Made by a program: the position numbers and the translations under genes. This document shows positions 7,738 through 16,649 of a DNA stretch of 64,000 nucleotides, piece by piece; the stretch's first letter is position 1, and each line of letters begins with the position of its first letter. Origin of the DNA: Alphaproteobacteria bacterium. GTDB taxonomy: Bacteria > Pseudomonadota > Alphaproteobacteria > RF32 > CAG-239. The stretch lies in the NCBI GenBank assembly GCA_045603405.1, contig JAZUMA010000032.1:102-64101 (forward strand). The letters are read 5' to 3'. The notes under the pieces were generated by a model. That model saw only the letters and a list, made by a program, of their open reading frames with translations, ran no database searches and was not told where the DNA came from.

Positions 7738-8268
7738 TTACAAAAGACTTAAATCATCAACAGCCGGTGCACATAGTTGTAAATAAGAGAACAACCATGC
7801 CGTAAGGCATAAAGCAACAACTGGAACAACCACTTTTTCAAACGGAAAATGGGCATGTCCACCGTTTTTACGTTTCATCCATTGATAGAACTCGGAAGAA
7901 TAATGCAGAACCAAAGCCCCACAAATGGTAGCAAACAAAAAGGGATCAATCCAAAAAATGAGAATGGACTTAGGTGTATAAGTCAGCTGTGATATATACA
8001 TAAACAAAATCATTAAAACGGACGAAGTTAATATAATGAAATCGCGACCGGCGAATTTCCAACCTTTTTTATCCATCCATTTAAGCATCCAGTAGCCTAA
8101 AAGCAACAAAAAAGCACCGGCCCATACTCCGACAACACCATCATCAACACCTAAGCGACGAGCAATCTCCAAAGAGGCCCCGACAGCAACGGTACAAACA
8201 GCACAAGCCGGATTTGCATAAACTTGAAAACTTATTAAACATAAAACTAAAACCAATAAAATAGACAT
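7738..8268 (-). CDS. Hypothetical 4-5 TM membrane protein with N-terminal CAVC motif
   Basis: Hydrophobic 176-aa ORF. NPACAVCTVAVG follows a signal-like N-terminus. Confidence 0.55.
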   Translation of the reverse strand: MSILLVLVLCLISFQVYANPACAVCTVAVGASLEIARRLGVDDGVVGVWAGAFLLLLGYWMLKWMDKKGWKFAGRDFIILTSSVLMILFMYISQLTYTPKSILIFWIDPFLFATICGALVLHYSSEFYQWMKRKNGGHAHFPFEKVVVPVVALCLTAWLFSYLQLCAPAVDDLSLL

Positions 8269-8357
8269 TTCTTCCTCAATTCAAAAACAACTTATCATAA
8301 ACTACCAATAGTATACCGCTTAAGTCAACTATTTTTTAAGACTTATAAGCCGTGATA

Positions 8358-9842
8358 TCACTTTTTTGCTAAATATTGCCAAAATACATCAGTGTGATAG
8401 TTTTGAGCACTAAATTGATGATTTGCAGACCAACCAAACAGAGGCATTTGGACATAACGCTGATTAAGCGTATAAATCTCATCTTTAACCAAGTTGAATT
8501 GTTTCGCCAGCCAAGTATAATGAAAACCTCTGTAAAACTCCATTAATCCCGTAGCTGCGCCGATACTCCATAAAAGTAAAAGAAAATAACAAGCATATTT
8601 TTTGTGTGTTTCCCAATTATCGTTTAAATATGATAAACAGAAATAGGCTAAAGCAATAAGCATAGGCATAGAGGAACGCATACAAAAGTTATTTTGTTGA
8701 TCAAAACGAAACCACGGGATAAGTAACAAAAAGAATGTCATTGATATAAAAAATGGATTTTTGTAAAAATCACGCCATATCAAAGAGATATATACTAGAA
8801 ATTCAAGTATTAAAAAAAGAAAAACGTAAGATGCCGGAATAGTATCTGTAATAAATGAAAAACGATCAATTCCATCTGAGTTTGTTATAAAATAAAGAAA
8901 AACTAACGGGAAAAACCAAAAAATAGCAATTATATTTTGTATAGAGAAAACATAGGAGCAGATAAAAAGCCTTTTTTCCTGAGAGATACAAAATTGCCGT
9001 AAGGCAAAGAATAACATCAAAATAGCACAACTAATAGCGGGGTAAGGTGCTAAGAACAAGATAAAGGTAAAAAGAAGAGCAAAATTATGTATTTTACGCT
9101 CATTAAAAATTAAAAAAACAGCCAAAGCAACAGGAATAAATTGATTAAATACCCAGAACATAGCAGTTGTAAAAGAAGAATATTGTATAAATCCGGCCCA
9201 CCAATCTAAATGAAAGGCAAATGGTTGTGCGCCATTCATAAAAAATAAATAACCGATAATATCCAGACCGGAAAAAAATATAAAAAAGACACAAAAGTAT
9301 AAAAAATGTTTTAGAGTAGAAATTTGCCATGCAACAGCTATATGCAAAAAAATCAAAGTTACGCCGATAATGGCATAAAGTAACAAAATAAAATTACTTA
9401 AAATAAAAACGAGATGCTGATCACTCAGAAATAAGGCAAAAAACTTTCCGAATACCGCAGGAAAAAGCCAAAAACCGATATAATAGACTAAAGGTGTATT
9501 GGCTTTATCGTACATTACAGGCCAATTATAATTAATTAGGTCACGGAGTACGGCATTTCTGAAATGATAATCCCAAGATTGATAGTAAAAATAACCGATA
9601 CCGGCAAAAAAACACCATAAAGAAGCCAAAATAAAGGCGGCTACAATAAGTTTTTTAGGAACAAAATAAGGTGATAAATATTTTCCTGATTGTATATAAA
9701 GCTTAAAAAAAGCATATAAAAAAAGCAGGGAAAGAACAAAAGCAACACTATAATTAAGCCAACCGACAATAAATATAAACAAAGGTAGCCCTAAGTATAA
9801 ATAGGTAGCTTTATAAAGTGATGATGGTCTTATTCCCTGCAT
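8358..9842 (-). CDS. Large polytopic membrane protein (494 aa, >=12 TM), possible glycan polymerase / GT-C-type enzyme
   Basis: Extremely hydrophobic and aromatic-rich. Sits near galE. Family not recognised with certainty. Confidence 0.5.
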   Translation of the reverse strand: MQGIRPSSLYKATYLYLGLPLFIFIVGWLNYSVAFVLSLLFLYAFFKLYIQSGKYLSPYFVPKKLIVAAFILASLWCFFAGIGYFYYQSWDYHFRNAVLRDLINYNWPVMYDKANTPLVYYIGFWLFPAVFGKFFALFLSDQHLVFILSNFILLLYAIIGVTLIFLHIAVAWQISTLKHFLYFCVFFIFFSGLDIIGYLFFMNGAQPFAFHLDWWAGFIQYSSFTTAMFWVFNQFIPVALAVFLIFNERKIHNFALLFTFILFLAPYPAISCAILMLFFALRQFCISQEKRLFICSYVFSIQNIIAIFWFFPLVFLYFITNSDGIDRFSFITDTIPASYVFLFLILEFLVYISLIWRDFYKNPFFISMTFFLLLIPWFRFDQQNNFCMRSSMPMLIALAYFCLSYLNDNWETHKKYACYFLLLLWSIGAATGLMEFYRGFHYTWLAKQFNLVKDEIYTLNQRYVQMPLFGWSANHQFSAQNYHTDVFWQYLAKK

Positions 9843-9854
9843 AAATTTCCTTCC

Positions 9855-10841
9855 TTAAGCTTTTTCTTGTTTTTCCTTAAACAAAGATAAGAAAATTCCG
9901 CCGAACAGTAAAGCAAAAGTGATGGTCAGCGAATGCCAAGTTTGCAACTCAAGACCGATATGAGGCAAGAAAATTTTAATGCCGATGAAAATTAAAACAA
10001 TAGATAAGGCATGTTTAAGATATTTGAAGCGATATACGGCTGCCTCTAACAAGAAATATAGAGCTCGCAACCCTAAAATAGCGAAGATATTACTTGTATA
10101 AACAATAAAGACATCATTTGTAAGCAGGAAGATTGCAGGAATGCTATCAAGTGCAAAAACAACGTCCATTAATTCAATTGTAATAAGAGCAAACAACAAA
10201 GGTGTAATATAATGTTTTCCATTTTTCTTTGTAATAAAGTGAGGTCCATCAATTTCGTGCGTAACAGGTAAATATTTTTCAACCATTTTATAAATGCGGC
10301 TGTTCTTTATTTTTTCTTCACTGTCTTCTTCATTTTCTTCCTTGCCGTGATTTTCTATAGCCATATGGAAGCCAGTATAGATAAGAAAAGCAGAAAAGAT
10401 ATACAAAACCCAATGAAAATTTGAAATTAATACATCACCGATACCAATCATTAAAGCTCGCATAACAATAGCTCCGAGAATCCCCCAAAACAAAACACGG
10501 TGCTGATAAATTCTTGGTACCCCCAAACTGGCAAAAATAACGGACATAACAAAAATATTATCCATGGACAAACTTTTCTCAACTAAAAAACCTGTAAAAT
10601 ATTCCATTGCTTTTGTAACGCCTTCTTCATACCATACAAATACACCAAATAAAAGACCGGCTCCTATATAGGCAACACACACCCATAAAGTGTGTGCAAA
10701 ACTTGGCACCTCATTTTTACGATTAAAGACAAATAAGTCTAAAAACAATAAAACAACAACAGCTATGGCAAAGCAAGTCCACATTAAACCTTGCGATAAA
10801 ACAGCGTGATGAGTAAATGAATATTGTAATTGATCAAACAT
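9855..10841 (-). CDS. TerC family integral membrane protein
   Basis: The LSMDNIFV and ALDSIPAIF motifs and the internal acidic loop are typical of TerC/Alx. Confidence 0.85.
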   Translation of the reverse strand: MFDQLQYSFTHHAVLSQGLMWTCFAIAVVVLLFLDLFVFNRKNEVPSFAHTLWVCVAYIGAGLLFGVFVWYEEGVTKAMEYFTGFLVEKSLSMDNIFVMSVIFASLGVPRIYQHRVLFWGILGAIVMRALMIGIGDVLISNFHWVLYIFSAFLIYTGFHMAIENHGKEENEEDSEEKIKNSRIYKMVEKYLPVTHEIDGPHFITKKNGKHYITPLLFALITIELMDVVFALDSIPAIFLLTNDVFIVYTSNIFAILGLRALYFLLEAAVYRFKYLKHALSIVLIFIGIKIFLPHIGLELQTWHSLTITFALLFGGIFLSLFKEKQEKA

Positions 10842-10864
10842 TTTATTTCTTATCCTTCAAAATA

Positions 10865-11833
10865 TTAAATTTCTAAATTCCAAACTGTACGGATTATGTC
10901 TTCTATGTCTGTATATTCCGCTTTCCAACCAAGTAATTTAAAAGCTTTATCTGCTTTAGCCGTTAATATGCCAGGATCACCAGAACGTCGTGTTACATAG
11001 TCATAATTTAATTTCTTTCCAATAACTCTCTCAGTTGCATGAACAATTTCTAAAACACTTGTTCCTTGGCCTGTTCCTAAATTAACGGTAAAAGATTGAT
11101 TATCAGCCATAAGTTTATTTAAAGCTAAGGCATGGGCACGCGCAAGATCAGAAACATGAACGTAGTCGCGGATGCAAGTTCCATCAGGGGTATTATAGTC
11201 GTTACCGAAAATTGATAATTTTTCTCTTTTTCCGGTCGCAACTTCCATAATAATCGGTAAAAGATTCTGCGGATTGTGTTCACGGCCTGTTATAGATTTA
11301 TCTTTATCATAACCGACAGCATTAAAATATCTCAAAGCTGCATAAGAGATTTTCCCGAGCTGAGCGTACCAAGCCATATTTTGCTCGATGGCAAACTTTG
11401 TATAACCATAATAATTAATAGGGTTAATCGGATGGTTTTCATCAATTGGGTTGTATTGAGGCATACCGTAAACAGCAGCAGATGATGAAAAAACAATATA
11501 CCTGACATTATTTTTCACCATAGCATTCAATATATTTATTGAGCCTGAAATATTGTTCTCGGCATAAATTTCCGGATGAAGCATCGATTCGCCGACAGCT
11601 TTTTTAGCAGCCAAATGTACAACACCATCAATGTTTTGCTTCATAGCATAATTAAGCTTGTCTTTATCTAGAATGTCACCTTCAATAAATTCAGATTTCG
11701 GTAGCAGATTAATTTTGTCTCCACTGCTTAAATTATCATATACCAAGACTTCAAATCCTTCATCAAGGAGTTGCTTTTGTACATGACTGCCGATATATCC
11801 GGCACCACCAACTACTAAAATATGTTTATCCAT
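10865..11833 (-). CDS. galE: UDP-glucose 4-epimerase
   Basis: GGAGYIGSH Rossmann motif, YGYTK catalytic motif, 322 aa. Confidence 0.9.
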   Translation of the reverse strand: MDKHILVVGGAGYIGSHVQKQLLDEGFEVLVYDNLSSGDKINLLPKSEFIEGDILDKDKLNYAMKQNIDGVVHLAAKKAVGESMLHPEIYAENNISGSINILNAMVKNNVRYIVFSSSAAVYGMPQYNPIDENHPINPINYYGYTKFAIEQNMAWYAQLGKISYAALRYFNAVGYDKDKSITGREHNPQNLLPIIMEVATGKREKLSIFGNDYNTPDGTCIRDYVHVSDLARAHALALNKLMADNQSFTVNLGTGQGTSVLEIVHATERVIGKKLNYDYVTRRSGDPGILTAKADKAFKLLGWKAEYTDIEDIIRTVWNLEI

Positions 11834-11901
11834 CAGTTATCCTTTTCTAATTTTTTGCCTTTGTAACATGCTTTTGCTTAAAATAAAAGGAGTTAGCCAG
11901 A

Positions 11902-11919
11902 TTATCCACATAATCCACA
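11902..11919 (+). promoter_or_regulatory. Two abutting DnaA boxes (TTATCCACA, TAATCCACA) in the galE/dnaB divergent intergenic region
   Basis: A perfect 9/9 consensus R-box at 11902-11910 is immediately followed by an 8/9 box at 11911-11919. The pair lies 80-97 nt upstream of the dnaB ATG. Confidence 0.6.
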
Positions 11920-11998
11920 GCATAAAAAGTAAATTAATGCATAAACAAAATTTTTGCTGCATAACACGATAAAAGATATCAAAAAGGATTCGTTTAAA

Positions 11999-13474
11999 AT
12001 GGAAGAACTGGACGTTACAAAATTACCGCGCAATATTGAAGCGGAACAAGCACTCTTGGGTGCCTTATTAGCGAATAATAAAGCCTATGAAAAGATTTCT
12101 GAATTTTTATATGCAGAGCATTTTTCGGATCCGATTCATGCCAAAATCTATGATGTTGTTTCTCGTTTAATTACCAAAGGGCATGTGGCTGATGTTATAA
12201 CATTAAAAAACTATTTTGAACAAGAAGGGACACTAAATGATGTCGGGGGAATATCTTATTTGGTAAAGTTAGCTGAAACAGCTTCTCCTTTGACTAATAT
12301 AGAGTATTACGCACAATTTGTATATGATAAATATTTACGCCGTGAATTGATCGCAACAGGCTATGATATTGCAAGTGAGGCTATGAGCGAGGATATAGAT
12401 AGTACAACGGCAAGCCAGATAGAAAAAGCTGAGCGTAGATTGTTTAATATAGCTGAACATGGAGATGGACAAAGAGGTCTACAAGATTTCGGTAAAGTTC
12501 TAAATTCGGCTTTGCCGATGATTGAAAGAGCGTATCAAAGAAAAGGAAGAATATCAGGTTTATCTACAGGATTATATGATTTAGACCAAAAAATAGGGGG
12601 ATTGAATAATTCGGATTTATTGATTTTAGCCGGACGCCCCGGAATGGGAAAAACAGCATTAGCTATAAACATTGCTTATAATGTATCTACATCAATGCTC
12701 AAAGATGAAGGCGAAATGGAAGAAAAAGAAAAAGGTGTTGCAGTCTTTTCCCTGGAAATGTCAGCAGAGCAATTAGCAGAGCGTATTCTTTCAGATATAA
12801 CGGATACTGCCGGAGAAAAATTGCGCAAGGGAAACATTGATTTAAGCGAGTTTAATCGAATTGCGGCAGCAGTCAGTGAATATCAACAATTACCATTATA
12901 TATAGATGATACACCGGAAATTACCGTAGGCGCAATTCGTAATCGAGCAAGACGCTTAAAACGAACTAAGGGATTAGGATTGATTATTATTGATTACATT
13001 CAATTAATTAAGGGGTCTGGTACAAAAAAGAGTGAGGGAAATCGTGTACAAGAGATGTCTGAAATTTCCAGAGGCTTAAAAACATTGGCAAAAGAATTGA
13101 ATGTTCCTGTTATAGCTTTATCTCAGTTAAATCGTGGTGTTGAAAAACAGGAAGATAAGCGACCGGTAATGTCTGATTTGCGTGAGTCTGGTTCTATTGA
13201 ACAAGATGCTGACATAGTCATGTTTGTATTCAGAGAAAACTACTATATCCAAATGGCAGAACCGAAACGAATATTAGATGAAACCGAAGAACATTTTAAT
13301 AAAAGATGTGATGAATGGGTAGTAAGAAACCGTGAAACAGCAAATTTAGGAGAAGTTATAATTGGTAAAAATCGTCATGGAACAACTGGTACGATTAAAC
13401 TGTTCTGGAATGGAGAATATGCTCGTTTTGCAAATTTATCACACGAAAATCGCATGCCGGAACAGAGAGGATAA
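11999..13474 (+). CDS. dnaB: Replicative DNA helicase
   Basis: LPRNIEAEQALLGALL N-terminus and Walker A GRPGMGKT. ATG 11999 with AAGGA upstream is preferred over the TTG at 11954 given in the track. Confidence 0.95.
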   Translation: MEELDVTKLPRNIEAEQALLGALLANNKAYEKISEFLYAEHFSDPIHAKIYDVVSRLITKGHVADVITLKNYFEQEGTLNDVGGISYLVKLAETASPLTNIEYYAQFVYDKYLRRELIATGYDIASEAMSEDIDSTTASQIEKAERRLFNIAEHGDGQRGLQDFGKVLNSALPMIERAYQRKGRISGLSTGLYDLDQKIGGLNNSDLLILAGRPGMGKTALAINIAYNVSTSMLKDEGEMEEKEKGVAVFSLEMSAEQLAERILSDITDTAGEKLRKGNIDLSEFNRIAAAVSEYQQLPLYIDDTPEITVGAIRNRARRLKRTKGLGLIIIDYIQLIKGSGTKKSEGNRVQEMSEISRGLKTLAKELNVPVIALSQLNRGVEKQEDKRPVMSDLRESGSIEQDADIVMFVFRENYYIQMAEPKRILDETEEHFNKRCDEWVVRNRETANLGEVIIGKNRHGTTGTIKLFWNGEYARFANLSHENRMPEQRG

Positions 13475-13475
13475 T

Positions 13476-13844
13476 ATGAAAAAACTGTCCTCAAAAGAAT
13501 GGGAAAACATTTGTAATCATTGTGGAAAGTGTTGTTTAATTAAACTAGAAGATGAAAAAAGCGGAGAAATATATTATACAAATGTTATCTGCCGTTATTT
13601 TGATGAAGAAAAAATGTGTTGTTCCGTATATGACAAGCGTTGCGAACTGGTACCGGATTGCCTGAAATTATCGCTTCAAAATGTAGATAAAATAACTTGG
13701 ATGCCTAAAACTTGTGCATATCGAAAATTATTTGAAGAAAATTTTTCTTCGATTAATACAACAGTCAAAGGTTGAGTTATTTCAGAGAATATGATTAGTG
13801 AAGAAGAACTGGAAGATTATATTGTAGATTGGGATGATTTATGA
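13476..13844 (+). pseudogene. ycgN-like (UPF0260) paralog interrupted by an in-frame TGA at 13773-13775
   Basis: MKKLSSKEWENICNHCGKCCL...WMPKTCAY matches the downstream paralog. After the TGA the same frame continues VISENMISEEELEDYIVDWDDL. This matches the C-terminus of copy 2 (SEVEDYENYIVEWEDL) and ends in an ATGA overlap with the copy 2 start. The region between KTCAY and the C-terminus is also shortened. Confidence 0.55.
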
Positions 13845-14344
13845 TGACAGAGTATAGCCTTGATGAAGAATATGACCCCCAAAGCCGTTACAATGACTTA
13901 TCAGATATAGAATCTGAATTTTGGAAAAAAAAGAAATTAGAAGAAATGAATAAAAAAGAGTGGGAGCTGTTGTGCGATGGATGTGGAAAGTGCTGTCTTA
14001 ACAAGCTGGAAATAAAAGGAAAGATAAAATATACAAACACTTATTGTCGTTTTTTTGATGTAGATAATTGTTTATGTAAAATTTATGCACATCGTTTTCA
14101 AAAAGTTAACGATTGTCGTGATATAAACATATCCGCGATTCGAGAAAAGCCGCAATGGTTGCCGAAAACATGTGCATATGTATTACTGGATGAAGGTAAA
14201 GATTTACCAGACTGGCATCCTCTAAAGACAGGAAAAGCCATATCTGTTCACCAAGCCGGTGCTTCTCTTCAAGGAAGAAAATTAATAAACGAATCAGAGG
14301 TAGAAGATTATGAAAATTACATTGTTGAGTGGGAAGACCTTTGA
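13841..14344 (+). CDS. ycgN: YcgN family (UPF0260) Cys-rich protein, full length
   Basis: WELLCDGCGKCCLNKL...YTNTYCRFF...WLPKTCAYVLLDEGKDLPDWHPL closely follows the E. coli YcgN pattern. Confidence 0.8.
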   Translation: MMTEYSLDEEYDPQSRYNDLSDIESEFWKKKKLEEMNKKEWELLCDGCGKCCLNKLEIKGKIKYTNTYCRFFDVDNCLCKIYAHRFQKVNDCRDINISAIREKPQWLPKTCAYVLLDEGKDLPDWHPLKTGKAISVHQAGASLQGRKLINESEVEDYENYIVEWEDL

Positions 14345-15023
14345 TATTGATGCTGACTTAGGTTTTGATATGAAAGTAGTCTATTCTGCTCGCTCAAGAC
14401 GGTTAACATTAAGAATAGATAAAAAAGAGCGTATAGCCGTGTTGACAATACCTAAATATTGTTCGCGTAAAAAAGCTGTCTCTTTTGTTGAAAGCCATCA
14501 AAAATGGGTTTTGGATAATCTAAAGAAAATTCCTGAGTTAAAAACATTTAAAAACCACGATAAAATCAGTTTATTCGGTCAAGAATATATAATTGAACAT
14601 AGCCCGATTCGTGGAAATACCAGATTAGATAAGAAAAACCATATTCTATATGTATCAGGCGGCATAGAGTTTTTGCATCGACGCGTCAAAGATTTTATCA
14701 AAAAACTGGCATTAGAAGAATTTACGCGTCGTTCGCAACAAACTGCGGATAAAATTGGTAAAAAAATACATAACATATGTATTAAAGACACAAAATCACG
14801 TTGGGCAAGCTGTTCGACTCTTAACAATATAAATTATAGTTGGCGTTTAGCATTAGCTCCTGAATTTGTAATTAAATATATAGTAGCTCACGAAGTATCT
14901 CATTTAAAGCATCAAGACCATTCTGCTTATTTTTGGGCATTAGTAGAATTTTTAGATGAGAATGCAGAGAAAGGAAGAGAGTGGCTGGTAGAAAACGGAC
15001 AATCTCTTTATATTTACAAATAA
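14310..15023 (+). CDS. YgjP-like (DUF45/M48-related) metal-dependent hydrolase
   Basis: SRWASCS and HEVSHLKHQDHS (HExxH) motifs. The start is uncertain (14310 or 14370). Confidence 0.75.
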   Translation: MKITLLSGKTFDIDADLGFDMKVVYSARSRRLTLRIDKKERIAVLTIPKYCSRKKAVSFVESHQKWVLDNLKKIPELKTFKNHDKISLFGQEYIIEHSPIRGNTRLDKKNHILYVSGGIEFLHRRVKDFIKKLALEEFTRRSQQTADKIGKKIHNICIKDTKSRWASCSTLNNINYSWRLALAPEFVIKYIVAHEVSHLKHQDHSAYFWALVEFLDENAEKGREWLVENGQSLYIYK

Positions 15024-15063
15024 TTATCTATCAAAAGAGATAAGAATAAAGATTAAAACAACA

Positions 15064-15091
15064 TTGACACTGAATAAGAATAGCATAGAAT
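15064..15091 (+). promoter_or_regulatory. Sigma70-like promoter of kdsA
   Basis: TTGACA, 16-nt spacer, TAGAAT. Confidence 0.5.
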
Positions 15092-15124
15092 TCAAGTATA
15101 ATTAAATTTTATGAGGGAAAGTCA

Positions 15125-15967
15125 ATGGAACAGAGAATTGTAAATGTAAATGGAATAAAACTTGCAAATAACCTACCATTCGGATTATTGTGTGGTCCAT
15201 GCCAGATAGAGAGTCGTCAACATGCGATAGATATAGCAGGGAGTATGATAGAAATAACAAAAGAATTGAATATTCCTTACATATTCAAGGCTTCATTTGA
15301 TAAAGCAAATCGGACATCAATTCATGGGGCGAGAGGTGTTGGTTTGGAAGAGGGGATGCGTACGTTTGATGAAATCAAAAAAATCTATAATAATTTACCG
15401 ATTATAACGGATGTACATGAGAGTTGGCAATGCGCAGAAGTAGCAAAACATGTAGATATGTTGCAGATTCCGGCGTTTTTATGTCGACAAACAGATTTGG
15501 TGGTAGCTGCCGCTAAAACCGGTAAAGTAATAAATATCAAGAAAGGTCAGTTTTTAGCTCCGTGGGAGGCCAAAAACCTTGTGATAAAGTGTGATGAATC
15601 CGGTAACCATAATGTTTGCTTAACTGAGAGAGGAACAAGCTTTGGCTATAATACATTAGTAACAGATATGCGTGGGTTGCCGAGAATGGCACAAGACACC
15701 GGCTGTCCTATTATTATGGATGCGACGCATTCAGTACAACAACCTGGAGGAATGGGCGGCTCGTCCGGCGGACAGAGAGAGTTTGCGCCGGTATTAGCCA
15801 GAGCAGCAGTGGCTGTTGGGGTTGCGGCAGTCTTTATGGAAACCCATGAAAATCCGGATAAAGCTTTATCTGATGGTCCGAACACAATAGCTCTAAAAGA
15901 TATGAAAGGCGTACTTGAGGTGTTAAAACGCTTTGATGAAGTGAGAAAGAGCCTGGATATATTTTAG
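15125..15967 (+). CDS. kdsA: 3-deoxy-8-phosphooctulonate (KDO8P) synthase
   Basis: Typical KdsA sequence (FKASFDKANRTS, IPAFLCRQTDL, DATHSVQ), 280 aa. Confidence 0.95.
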   Translation: MEQRIVNVNGIKLANNLPFGLLCGPCQIESRQHAIDIAGSMIEITKELNIPYIFKASFDKANRTSIHGARGVGLEEGMRTFDEIKKIYNNLPIITDVHESWQCAEVAKHVDMLQIPAFLCRQTDLVVAAAKTGKVINIKKGQFLAPWEAKNLVIKCDESGNHNVCLTERGTSFGYNTLVTDMRGLPRMAQDTGCPIIMDATHSVQQPGGMGGSSGGQREFAPVLARAAVAVGVAAVFMETHENPDKALSDGPNTIALKDMKGVLEVLKRFDEVRKSLDIF

Positions 15968-16038
15968 GCTGTCGGACTTCCGACCGCTGGCAGCGAAGGC
16001 CTGCTCGCTGCAGAGGCGACGGCAACATTGTTGCCGTT
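15967..16038. repeat. GC-rich palindromic element made of three consecutive hairpins
   Basis: Hairpin 1 is GTCGG-ACTT-CCGAC (15971-15984). Hairpin 2 is GCAGCGA-AGGCCTGC-TCGCTGC (15990-16011). Hairpin 3 is ACGGCAAC-ATT-GTTGCCGT (16019-16037), followed by TTGTTG. The local GC content is far above the flanking sequence. Confidence 0.6.
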
Positions 16039-16055
16039 TGTTGAAATTAAAAAAA

Positions 16056-16090
16056 GCAAAAGGCAGATATTTTATCTGCTTTTTGCTTTG
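16056..16090. terminator. Intrinsic terminator (probably for bamE, bidirectional context)
   Basis: Imperfect stem GCAAAAGGCAGATA/TATCTGC-TTTTTGC flanked by A and T runs. Confidence 0.6.
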
Positions 16091-16123
16091 TGCTACGAAT
16101 ATTCCTAAATATCTTAGGCAAAT

Positions 16124-16591
16124 CTATAGCCCATCATTAGCCTTTGTCGGTTCCATTGGCAAATACTGTCCGACCCCGCCGAAGTATTTTTGCATAAATC
16201 CTTCTTCGTTGCTCATAACTGGTGTTTCATCGCCGGAAATACGAATATCAGCACCGTTTTCTTTGGTCAGCTGAACAACTTTTTCAACCTTACCATCTAA
16301 ATTAAATTCAACTGCGACAACGTTTCGTTCAAGTTCTTTAGGCTTAAAAAATGCCATTCTTTTCATAGTTGAATTCATATAAATCCACGAGCGATGATCC
16401 AAACTGGAAATAACCGAAGGGGACCCCATAATTTCCCGTACTTCGTCTTGAGTCATTCCTTTTTTTAATGCAATAATATCCTTTTGCGGAGGCATATTTC
16501 CTTCTGTCTGATTAAAAAAATCGGTAGAACAGCCGGTAAGCAAAATCATCGCCCCTGCAATAGTCGAAAAAACAATATTATGTGTTGACAT
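16124..16591 (-). CDS. bamE: Outer-membrane protein assembly factor BamE (SmpA/OmlA lipoprotein)
   Basis: Lipobox LLTGC and the GMTQDEVREIMGSPS motif. ATG 16591 is preferred over the track start at 16636. Confidence 0.8.
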   Translation of the reverse strand: MSTHNIVFSTIAGAMILLTGCSTDFFNQTEGNMPPQKDIIALKKGMTQDEVREIMGSPSVISSLDHRSWIYMNSTMKRMAFFKPKELERNVVAVEFNLDGKVEKVVQLTKENGADIRISGDETPVMSNEEGFMQKYFGGVGQYLPMEPTKANDGL

Positions 16592-16649
16592 CTCTACATC
16601 CCTACAATTATATAATACCTTATAGACATATATCATTAAGGAAAAAATA

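Noticed and set aside
13362-13475. Upstream extension of the first ycgN-like ORF, starting inside dnaB
   Set aside because: The conserved YcgN sequence begins at ATG 13476, right after the dnaB stop. The extension overlaps dnaB in another frame.
13773-13775. UGA reassignment (Trp) or selenocysteine as the explanation for the in-frame TGA
   Set aside because: Many genes in the window (for example cysS and fabH) terminate at TGA at the expected protein length, and no other conserved gene needs TGA read-through. I saw no obvious SECIS-like hairpin. In the alignment with the paralog the TGA falls on an Arg, so a CGA-to-TGA nonsense mutation is the simpler explanation.
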